Positions 12,880 through 26,194 of a stretch of DNA of 64,000 nt are shown here, in pieces. The stretch is taken from positions 992,001 through 1,056,000 of the forward strand of contig JBLDXI010000009.1 of the NCBI GenBank assembly GCA_047495785.1, written 5' to 3'. Origin of the DNA: Lepidodermella squamata (taxonomy: Eukaryota > Animalia > Gastrotricha). Position numbers and translations under genes: made by a program. Each line of letters starts with the position of its first letter. The stretch's first letter is position 1. The notes under the pieces were generated by a model. The model was not told the DNA's origin and made no database searches. It saw only the letters and a list, made by a program, of their open reading frames with translations.

Positions 12880-14483
12880 CTAAAACCTTCGAAGCAGTGA
12901 TCGTCGCAAGAATACTGCCGTCCTACCGATAAGCATGATTATCAGCACGACCGTAAGGAACGATGTAAAAGAATGATATATCACGAATGTTTTGAAATTT
13001 GTCATTGGTGAGAAAAAAGGATAATAGAAAATTGATCTATCCGCTGAAAATCGATTGCCAACCGAAGAGCAGTTGCTGAACTCGGAAAATGTCATTCGAG
13101 AATGAAATTGTATGCTTTGTTCTGGTTTCCAAATATGATCACAGGTTTGCATCATAGACTCGAGTAGAAATGGCACGCCATCAGGAGCCCACGTGTAGTG
13201 CCAGGAATAATATGTCCTTAATTTTTCTTCACTGCCTGGAGATGACAGCTCTTTCAGGTATTTTACCAACTCTTCCAAGCTTGTGTAGTTGAACATATCG
13301 ATGTACGAACCTGGCGGCATAATAGAATCGTAGTTGGCTCCGCCATAAACAATTGGAATTGTTCCATATCTTTGGGATGCCATTAAGCCACGTTCAGCTT
13401 TTTCTGTGGTGTAGTTGTCGCATATGGAGTTTTCAAAGGACAAGTAGAATCTGTAGTCAGACATAAAAGAGTCGCCAAATATCGATAATTTTTCGTCGAA
13501 GTTGTCCCCGGCGCATCGACCAAAAACGTCGATTTTCAGACCAAGCTCAATTAACCGCAAAACAATGTCCTCTCTTTCACCTTCAGTTCTGAAACGAATA
13601 TTGTTATCAATATAAAAGGATATTTATAAGAACACTTACTTGCAATGCGAAACGACCCAGAAGCCATCAGCCCGTCTCTCAGAAAAATTTTCAGTGAAAT
13701 GATCGATATGGTTCTTGACCCCAGAAACAAAGTTTGCGTCTGCAATAATATCATTATGAAATTTCGACACTTTCCAATAAGGCACGACGATGTCTGATGA
13801 ATACGAGTAACTCATTGTCAAGTTGAAGCCAGTTCGTGAAATAAAATCCCAATCAACGGCCGATCGAATATTTTCTGGTGGCTCCATGTTGTAGAATATG
13901 TATCTCTGCCATGATGCTCTCATCGGTGGCATGTCGAATCGATTGATATCGAGGGCATGGAATGTAATCGCTGATGATGATGCTAATCGTGAGCGATCAG
14001 TGGTGATGAGGCAAGCCGGAGATTCTGGATCACTGTCATTTGCCGTTCGTGCAACGAGTATTAAACCTTCCTCCATTAACGATACGATGTCGATCCAAGT
14101 CTTACTTCCGAACCTGATTGATAAATTGAATCAGTTTATACAAACTATAATAAGTCGTTGTAGAGCTACAAAAATTGTCTAGCTTTATAAAAATCTAAAT
14201 ACCATGGCGTCCACAGCAGAACCGTTTTCACTTTCGTGAATGTTCGATATCGAGAGATGGGCTCAAATCTTGGAAGCTGGTCAATTGTTAAATTTCTGTT
14301 TCGAATGTAGCTGACAGATTGCATTAGAGAATATTTCAGGTCTGAGGCCCACATGCAGATTCCGACAGCGAGCACGACAGCGAATATCCAAATCACAAAC
14401 TTTGGTGGCCGAGATAGGACTAATAATGGATACCGGTTGCCGCGATATAAAATATTTCGACATGGCTTCAATATGATTCTCAT
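12880..14483 (-). CDS. Alpha-1,3/4-fucosyltransferase (glycosyltransferase family 10); three exons
   Basis: Type II N-terminal TM helix, then VLLWTPW, FYNMEPP, FNLTMSYSYSSDIVVPY and FWVVSHC. GT10 motif YRFYLSFENSICDNYTTEK and PIVYGGANY...PPGSYID. Confidence 0.93.
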
Positions 14484-16003
14484 TGCTTATGCACCCGTCA
14501 GAGTTGGTAAACGTCTAGAATTGTGATAATCGATTGACTTGAAATAACCATAAGAAATTTGCCAATGAATTAAAGCTTTCGCATACCATTAGTCCTGCTG
14601 ACCATTGATCGTTTAGTTTGATGTGAATACTGTTCTTTTAAGCAGAACGCAAGCGCGGCGGCTGCACTTCCACTCAATGCAGTGGACCAATCTTGCTGCT
14701 AGTTATGAAATTTAGCCCTAGGAGCAGCGTACAACATTGCAAACTTAGGATAACGCCTTTCTCTCATGAAAGGGTCATACAAACAACAGCAGCGCTTCTA
14801 ACGCTGTTACATCTCTCGTGTCTTACTCACACGTTACTTTTTACCTGCTATCTACGCTATTTCCAGTAGTTGCAGTGTCATTCTACTGTCTCTTTCTTGA
14901 GCGCAACGAGATTTCGACTGCGAAGTTACGCAATAATTCATAAGGTGTGCAGCAACACAACGGCGACTTTAGAATGAGACACCGGGCACAAATATATAAG
15001 CCAGTTTCGATACTATACGGTATGCGACGAAATTATCGGGCGGTTCTTAAACCACAAAAAAATTAAACTCTCAACTTGTGGTCAATTTCCAGCATTTTCG
15101 AGTTTTTTTGCTGATATACCTACCATATAAACACTTGATTTCGAGGCAAAAAGAGTAATTTAGGCGCAAAATCCGCAATTATTCGACGCAAATCCACCAG
15201 CGATGGTACTTTTCTTACAATTGATTCCATTTTTGTGAGATCTCTAGTGTGCCCTGCCTCGGTCCCGGGTCAGATTTTCTTGAAATAATCATTACTGGTC
15301 TAAGCATTGCTCATTTTTTGCCAACGTTTTTCAACGCAGTATTTACACCTCCCTATGTTTTTCACATTACGCTTCGGGACTGTTAGAGCTAATTCTGCCG
15401 CCCTCTTCGGTCGATTCAGAATAAAGAAGGATGTTCGAAAACACAATTAATGTCTTGCCACTTGCCACGATATGCTGTAATTAAGGTTTTTTGTTATGAA
15501 CGTTGAGGCGCCATCGCGACTATTTTGAACTGAATTAGGAAAAGGCAATTCCTTCCTTCACTTCCAAAATTGTTGTCCCATACAAACCGATATATAAGGC
15601 TCGTCATTTTTCGATATCTCGAAAATTGCCCGACGAAAGAGGCTAATATTCAAGGGGTAGTTGTTCGAGGCGAGTTATTATTTTGCTGGTTTGTCAAAGT
15701 TCATGTAAAATCATCATCGTCGCCACTAGCTATGACGTTTTGTTGCAAATTTTCCTCACTTTAAATTGGCTATAATCGGAATATGCTCATGGCCATGAAT
15801 TGATGCCTGTATAAGATCAAGCTTTAATAAGGAAACTTGTAACAGGGAAACAATGCAACAAATTTGCAACATAGCAACCCATATTTATTCATCGAGAAAT
15901 CCATACTTTGCCATTATTATTTAAATATGCATGCAACGATCCATCTATCAGCGAAATATAGTGAAAGCGAGGTCAATGACACGGAGATGATGCCTCATGA
16001 TTT

Positions 16004-18172
<2,169 letters not shown>

Positions 18173-19747
18173 TATATATCTTCAATTTCTAATTAATCAG
18201 TTATAAAGAACCATCAAAATGCAATCAATAGGCAGAAACTTCCGCTATAGCTTTTTTCTGCCTAAAATTCTTCTAGGCAGCCTAATATGCTCGGCACGAT
18301 TGGATCGTGCAATTCGACATATTTTTTATCATCTACCAAAAACATCGATGACTAGTGCAGTACAAGTATGGGGAATAGGGCTACTTGGTCAGTGTGCAAG
18401 TTGCTGTACTCATTGGCATGCCATTCCCTTTCTCTCAAATTACAGTTTGGGCCGATGAGTGTTAGGTGTTAGGATTCGCCTTAATATGTGAAAAAATACG
18501 TTGAAACGATTGCTCCCTAATGCCTTCTTTTGAAACTTCTAAGGTTGTGCCACATTGCGCACAACCACATAGTACTTTAGCCATAAAAGATTCAGGTTTC
18601 AACTTTCAGAACAATTACCCATGATAAATAAGACATAAATTTGAATCAGTCAGCTTTTCGCAGCTGCAATCGCAGTTTTAGCGCTGGTTTCACATTTTAA
18701 GCAGAAAAAGCTGAAGCCATCCTGGCTGAGCTCGCTATGTACTGCACGCTGCATGCCGTCAAGTGTCAAGTTAAAGGCTCAGTTAATGTAAGAATTGTAA
18801 GAATGTCGGTTTTTTATGGCAAAATCTAGGTTATCCGGTAACCTAGCCCCTAGCGTCGTCTGTCGCTCATGCTGCATGCACGATTCCAAAACATCGCCCA
18901 TCGCCCAAAAACTACTAAAACCGAGCATATAATGCGAAAATAGCGCGGTATTTTCAAACTTTGCCAATTTTTCTCAATGATAACCACGTTTTCACACATA
19001 TATATATTTAATATCTATTAAATTGTCACTGTAATGATTAATCAGTAAATAAAAATTTAGTCTAATAAGAACCATAGCAACGCCCAAGCTTTTGTTCAGC
19101 TACGGCTATCGTGGCGACGTTGATGTTAGACCGCTCTAACAGCGAATCCGCGGTATAAATACATAACTGCGTTTATACGTACGCAAATTGAATTTACCAG
19201 AGAGTTTGAGTGGGCTTGTGAGTCTGGTCGTTGCAGAGATTAGCTATCTGACATATTTTGTATAAATTTTAGTTATCGACCTCATGTTTACTTCAGAAAT
19301 ACCTCCCAAAAATGTCGACAGATCGTGCGATTGATGAGTAATTTGCACTTGTGTCTCGTTTCCATCTTTACCAGCATCATGTTAAATTAGAAATTTGGCT
19401 GAAATGATATCCTCTATTGATTTTCCCAATGACAGAGAGACGTTTTGATAGAATGTTAGAGCGAGGCTTATTCGGCGATAAATAAAGGAGTCACTCTACA
19501 TCCGGGTTTAATTAATAGCCAACGCCCAAGCCAAATCTTGAACCTGAACCAATTACGTACATAAATGTTACGTGTATGATTGTGAAATATAACAAAATAG
19601 TGATGGTGACTTGTTGTCATATGATAAGTGGCGAATATAATTGCAAATTTCTCTGTATTTGCCCTATTTTGAATTTTGACACCAATCTCAATTACTACTT
19701 TTCCTGTCATTTTAGATATTCGTTGTGACCTTACTTACCGGAACAAG

Positions 19748-21745
19748 ATGCCGATTCCTTTCCAAGGAAAAAGCAATTTACAGACTGCCGATCCTTACCA
19801 TGTGCCAGGGTACATTTTCTGCTGACATTTATCGATTGATTTGCATGAGCCTTATATATGTCGTAGAAAGAAGAGCAATTTCTATTTTTAGCCCAAAAAC
19901 CTATAATTTAGAGCAATCCGAAGGGCAATTTCTACTATAACAGTGAAAATGAGGTCTAATAATTGATGCCCCGTGAACATGTTCGCTCCGCTCACATGTA
20001 AATGATTTTTCAATAAAAATATTGCTAAGCTAGCAGAGTTAGCTAGAAAGCCAGAAATGCATGTCAAAAATGACTTTTAGGCGATAATTGGGTAAAAAAC
20101 TGAAAATCTAAATTTTTTGGCAAAAACGCGGATTGCTCTTCTTTCTACGACATATATTTAAGCGGTGGCCTTGGGCTTACTAAAAATAACAGTGAAAAGT
20201 CAGAGAGTTGCGAGTGTTCTTTATGTATATTACATGAGACGTACTGTAGGACACCACGGCCCAGAGAAAATCAGAAAAATGTGATTTTTTAATGTATACA
20301 TTCACACTTCTAGCCCGGTATTTTTTTTCTCAAGGAAATATTATGAAAGCTTCGAAGCCGGGGCGTCCTATAGTACGTCTTATGGTATATTATTGATGTT
20401 GAGTAAACATCAATGTTACACAGCATTGAATCCAATGCTCAACTAGAAAATGTAATCATATTTCGCTGATCTTTACAGAATTTCAAATTTAAACAGGCCT
20501 TCATTGGAGATTAAGCGTCAATGATTTTTTACGTTAATTTAATGGGTGTTTTGCTTGCAGATACATCGGCTACGTTCCTCAATCGAAGTATCAAATCGGC
20601 GATACTTATGCTCACACCACTCATAACCTATTGTTGGATAAGCATACTCCTGGATCTACCCGATCAGTGCTATCAGAGATTCATTACAAACCTCCAATGG
20701 AATACGAGAAATTGAACGATCTACGTCAATCTCTTGTCAGGTGGGATTCTTATCAAAAATAATGATCTCCTTTCATTAAAAATAAAATTTCAACAAAATT
20801 TGCAGAACTCGTACTCAAAGCTGGGGCGATCAGAAGTATGCCGAAACAATGGTTCCCGGATACACGGGATTTATTCCAAAAATGAAGAATCATTATTTCG
20901 GAAAACGCTATGCTGAGGATACCTTAAGAGCAGTCGCAAATTTCGAACACTCTCACATTCAAGATGAAGTTAGTCCTTCTTTTCCCTGAAATAAAGTTGC
21001 TAGCGTGTTTTCATAAAGAAAAGTATGGCTGAATTGCGGACAAGTGTAGCCCTTCAAAGTGGTCGAGCACCTCCACAGAATGCGCTCTGTCAACTGCCTA
21101 ACCTCGAAGACCCAGTTGCAGCCAGCAAAGGATTGCCGCTCAGACAATGTGCACGAGATGCCGCACCATACCCTGAGCACCATGTCTATCCTCAATCTGT
21201 TTACACGATGAATGACGAGAATCCTAAGAAGTTTTTAATATCTGGTGAACAACATTTTTAAATGGTATTGTTTAATATAATTTCATTCATCTTCAGGATA
21301 CAAAGGCTACGTTCCGCGGGAGAAGTATTTGCACGGCCGAGGCCATAAAGAACAGACTCATTCTGCTGTAGCTCAGTTTGGTAGAGAGCAGACGGAAGCT
21401 AAAATTATTGAAAAGCAACCAGTTCAAATCGAAAAGCCTCGGCCTCCGAGTCAATACGAGGGTGTTGTCATTTATCCTGAATGCTCTGGAGTCATACCCA
21501 AGTTTTATGGCTACGTCCCAGGTGATTACTAACGTTTATTCAAATTATATTGGCTATAAGCTGATGTTTTTCCAGGAGAAAAATTCAGATTCGGAAGGCG
21601 ATTTGGAGAGAGCACCAAAAATGCCCTGAAGGTTGGTGAACCTGACACACTTCAACCGTCGCGAAGTTACAACTGCGATGACAAAAATTGCTTTCCTGTG
21701 CAGCGGTCCAAAACAATGACCAATATTTCACTTTGCTGCAGTTAA
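19748..21745 (+). CDS. FAM166/CIMIP2-family ciliary microtubule inner protein; multi-exon with a 751-nt intron 1 (19810..20560)
   Basis: Spliced translation starts MPIPFQGKSNLQTADPYHVPG|YIGYVPQSKYQIGDTYAHTT. Repeated PGY/GYVP motifs follow: MVPGYTGFIPK...FGKRY, SG|YKGYVPR and IPKFYGYVPG|EKFRFGRRFG. Confidence 0.85.
19854..20157. mobile_element. MITE (~300 bp) with 26-bp perfect inverted ends and TA-rich termini (Tc1/mariner-like)
   Basis: ATATATGTCGTAGAAAGAAGAGCAAT at 19854..19879 and its exact reverse complement at 20132..20157. Non-coding interior. Confidence 0.8.
20233..20384. mobile_element. 152-bp MITE with ~28-bp imperfect TIRs and an 8-bp target-site duplication (P-element- or hAT-like)
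   Basis: Left end CATGAGACGTACTGTAGGACACCACGGC versus reverse-complemented right end CATAAGACGTACTATAGGACGCCCCGGC. GTATATTA is duplicated at 20225..20232 and 20385..20392. Confidence 0.85.
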
Positions 21746-23049
21746 ATTTAATCCCGGAGACTAGTTATTTAACAGATGTGTATCAATAATACTAACGTTC
21801 GCTTCGGATGCTACTGAATTGTCAATAATTAGGTCGCCATAAACTCGATCCGAAAGCATATTTTCTTAAACCCAAATTTTGATAAACTAGATGAACTAGT
21901 ACAAAGCGATGTTCCCGCGAAACACTTCTCTTAATGCATACCTTGAGCGGATGATGTTTACAGATTCTTGAATAGTCGAATTGTGTATTTTTGAATGAAA
22001 GACAGTTTTTTTGATCAAAAAGGTAACGTGTAAATAAATATTCTTCTATTATCGTGTTCTGCCTCCTGTTTACCATTTAGGAAAAGTTAGGAAATCAAGG
22101 TAGTAAAATGGATGCATTTATAAAATATATATTATATGTGCATCTTTTAGGGCGGCGAAGAACTCCAAGACCTATGCGTCACAGAAACATGAAGACAGCA
22201 AGTTTTTATGCCTACCTATCATGCACAATTTTATTGAAAGGAAAAAGCGTATTTTCTCGAAGAGCAGTGCAGCAAAAAAAATGCAAAAAAAACATCGAAA
22301 ATAATATGAATCATAGCTGTGTCCGATTAAAGCACCATTTACCACTAAAAACCGTTTCCGATATTTGTCGATTTCAATTATTGATGTTTAATGAAGAGCT
22401 GATACTCATATGAGTATCATGAATGAGTATATTATCGAGATTGTCGGTAGGTTTCGGAAAAGGGTCAATCGACGATGCCTTATGCAGCGCCAATGAGTTG
22501 GAAACATCTGAGACCTTGTAATTTTGCCATTTCACACAGCGTGTGGTCCAAGCTGGATAAATTTCGAGTCACAGGCCGCAGGTCGGAGTAAAATACGGAT
22601 CGATGAATATAATTCGCAGTAAATTGAATTATGCCATTGTAAAAAAGAAACAGCGAAACGAGTCCAACAGAATTTGGATTCAACAATCGGACCACACTAT
22701 CATAATCGTATCACCACGCTTCGAGTTTCATTATCATTATTATTATTATTTTATTCGACTTGCAATTAATCGTATCGATCGGTAGCAATCATAGAAATCA
22801 CTGTAGGAAGCAAGAATCTAGTTTTATCCAACCTAGGGAGCTACCTAGTGAGTTCATCTGACTTGAGAAAAATTCAATGTCCTCAGTGTTTTCGGGTAAG
22901 CATCTGGCCGGTAGTAGGCTATGAGAATGGCATTAAGAACTAGTAATGGCTCGATCTCTGCGCCTGGCTTTCGTGGAACCGCACTTTGCCGCGGCGTTTA
23001 CAATGGCACCTGGTATTGGTGCCGTGCGAGCGATCCACGAAGCGTTCGT

Positions 23050-23480
23050 GTATCCCTTCTTCGTTCGAGGATGGTGTGTGTCTCCGCGTGCCACGATGTT
23101 GCCCAGTCATGATGCCCACAGAACGACGTTTTTCAGCGGTTGTAGTTCGACGCCGGTCGCTTTGCAGAAGCGTTCTGGGACCGCCTCTAGCCGATCGAGT
23201 ACCGAACGCGCGACCACAACCCACAATGCCGTACTCCAGGAGGGGCAGGGCATTCGTTTTGAAAGCGTTACAAAGTTGGCGCTTCGACAGGTATGACCGA
23301 AATCATAACTGTGGCGCTGTGTTACGACTATTGTCGCTCTTGCCACTTTGCCACTCTTGCCACCGTTGATACACTCCGCAGATTCGACATTGTCGAATCC
23401 AGTCTCAGGCCTAGTAGCGACGGCTGACCAGTCGTGAATGTTCAGCGTGAATGTTCCTCCAGTTTAGGTTTCCCAGCTTT
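23050..23480 (-). mobile_element. Heavily decayed non-LTR retrotransposon fragment (post-RT region); may extend over ~22930..23850
   Basis: Frameshifted minus-strand peptides LLGLRLDSTMS, QLCNAFKTNALPLLEYGIV and LDRLEAVPERFCK occur in the order expected for LINE ORF2 (LG..D..L; LY...RP.LEY; LE.VQ.RF). Confidence 0.6.
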
Positions 23481-25270
23481 TCTTCCGCATCGAAATCGTG
23501 GGTAGAAAAACCGCGTATCAATCCTTTTTTCGGGTCCATGGAAACTTCGGGTCCAGGCCGCTGGGTCCCGGCACTCTTCCAAGCCTCTACTGTACGCCTC
23601 AAGCCTCCTCGCATTTCCTTTTTCGTCACCCGAATGGACGAAAGGATATTTCCCGTTTCCAAATAGTTCTTTGTCCAAGAACATTTGGTAGCAGCCACAA
23701 AATGGTTTGCCAAACACTCCAATTTTACCAGATTGCCAGTTGCCCAGAATGCCTTGCCATTCGTGCCCTTACCATTCTCCAGCGAGGGTATTCGTCCACA
23801 GTTTGGCTTGACAGATATTCGCGCTTGTCGAAGCATTTGATGGTATTTCTTCGTTCAATTAAGGCAGCATTCCGTCAGCTGGTTTGGGCATGGTTTGTGG
23901 GCTAGACCGCTGGTGAGCGAATTCTTCTAGGAAGAGACCGAGTTGGCAGGCCAGTCCGAACAAGCTGTTTGTCATTGGAGATGAGCATGGGCGACGGCAC
24001 CTCGCTTTGGACTATGAGAGACTCCTTTAAATGTTAAATACCCGTTGAAGCAGACAGCGATTGTTTCGCGCAAATCGATCCGGCTGGAGGAAAGAAGGTG
24101 GAAGAGTCAAGCAAGATTCAAGAGAAAATTCGTTAGATAATAATTTTCGAGCTTTGAGCTCTAAGCTCCAAGCTCCGAAAGGGACTCCAAGCTCAGAACT
24201 CGGCAGGAATATTTAGCAAAAAAGCATGCTATCAAAATCATGATTTTTGATGTGTACTATTTTGCACGTTGCTGCTAATTATTAATATTCTATTGCAACA
24301 ATAATTTTATATTAGTATTATATGTCAGGAGCAAATGACTTGTTGCCGGTTTATTTGCTCAGTGAGCGGCGGCCGCGACTATTATGATGCCGCGATTAAA
24401 TGACGTGTGACTTGCTTGGCGAGAGGCGAGAGATCTAAAGTTCCTAACTCTGCCTAATCTTCGCATCTTCGAATCTTCGTATCCCCAAAAATTTAATTTT
24501 TAGAAATGAAAAGGTATCCTGTATTTCCTGAACTGGCCTGGGTATTGGGTAGTTTCTGACTTCTGACTACGAGCTTGTTTTCGTGCCAATCAATACTCAT
24601 TAACGGCAGAATCAATTACATTTTAGCACGGCAAACTCGCGATAATCGAATTTGCTTTCCGAGGAACCTAAGAGAACATGCAAGAAGCGAAACTCGATGT
24701 TGCGAGAAGTGCCAAAGCCGCATCATCATAATTATCACACGTAATTGCAGACTTTGCTTGGATGAGGTGTCACCTGAAATCGTTCTTCGTTCAACCGACT
24801 GTTACGCCAGAGCACATAAGCGCTTACATTATTCAAGGGCATGCATTTGGTTACTCCGAAATACGAAATAGCGACTGGTTTTATCCCATGCTCGAAAATC
24901 CGTATTTGAGACCCCGCTAATGATTTCGGCGCTATCTTTATCTTCACAATCATCTGAAAGGGTAACAGTTGACGTTGAATCATTATTGCGCACCGTCCCA
25001 TTTAAAATGAACTGGAAATGAAGATCGGGCTGAAATCGCTTGACGGTTGACGGTTGACAGATCTCACATCCCATTATTTCAGATGAGGATTGTGGTTAAG
25101 TCGGGCCCGGGCATGCATATCACACCACACCCATCCCCTTTTCTCCGGACAAATAGCATCTGCTATCTCATCATTCCACTTCAATTTCAGCTTTCAGCGT
25201 GATTTTACTATTTATCTCTTGTATCAATCTCGCAAATTGTACATTTTTATATTTAGTTTTCCAACTTGAC

Positions 25271-25948
25271 ATGAAACTTCCTCTCTTTATTATCACTATT
25301 GCCGTGCTGAACATCGCCGTGAGCGATGCTTACTTCATTGCCGTAGATGCTCACACGGAAGAGTGCTTTTATGAGCGACTTACTTCTGGCACTAAGATGA
25401 CTCTGATGTTCGAAGTTGTTGAAGGCGGATTTTTGGATATTGATGTTGCGGTTTGTTTACATGATTTACTCCAATGACGGCGTAACTGAACTATTTCATG
25501 TTTTCAGGTACTTGGTCCAGATAACAAATCCATTTACTCAGGTGAACGCGAGTCAAGCGGCAAGTATACATTTGCTGCTCATATGGACGGGCTTTACAAA
25601 TACTGCTTTGGTAACAAAATGTCCACTATGACACCGAAAATTGTCATGTTCAGAGCTGACGTGGAAACGAAGCACGGCCTCAAAATCGCTGCGGCACCCG
25701 GCGAAACGACAGATCCTCAGCATCTGAAATTGGAGGAAATGATTTCGGAGCTTTCAAATGCTTTGACGAATGTTAAGCATGAGCAAGAGTACATGGAGGT
25801 TCGATCGCGTGTTCATCGTGAAATCAACATCAATACGAATTCTCGCGTTGTGATGTGGTCATGCTTTGAGGCAGTCGTTCTGTTGGCAATGACGATTGGT
25901 CAGATCTACTATCTCAAGCGATTCTTTGAAGTTCGTCGTATTGTTTAA
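25271..25948 (+). CDS. TMED2: p24 beta cargo receptor TMED2; intron 25451..25507
   Basis: [70 protein letters not shown] and [12 protein letters not shown]. Confidence 0.97.
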
Positions 25949-26194
25949 AGTTATTGCCGTAGTTATGCATGTGACACTAATCTTGTGGGATGGTTTCAGG
26001 TGTGCGACATTGTGCATATGCTAGTTAATGTATTGAAAGACCTGGTAATCTATGTAAATGGGTTCAAAAACCCTTTCGAGGTTCGTGCTTTATTTGCGGT
26101 TATTTGAAATAAACGCTGATATGTTTTTTGAAGAGTTTTATAATCTATACATTCTTGGCCTTGTTGTTCAGTATATAGTGTTTATGAATTGAGT

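Noticed and set aside
12198-12932. Mirror-image ORFs (MPARARRR..., MKRDSLEF...) on both strands
   Set aside because: These are by-products of the GC-rich palindrome and show no protein-family signal.
24575-25074. Overlapping 81-98 aa ORFs upstream of TMED2
   Set aside because: No recognisable product; more likely the promoter/outron region of the TMED2 cluster.
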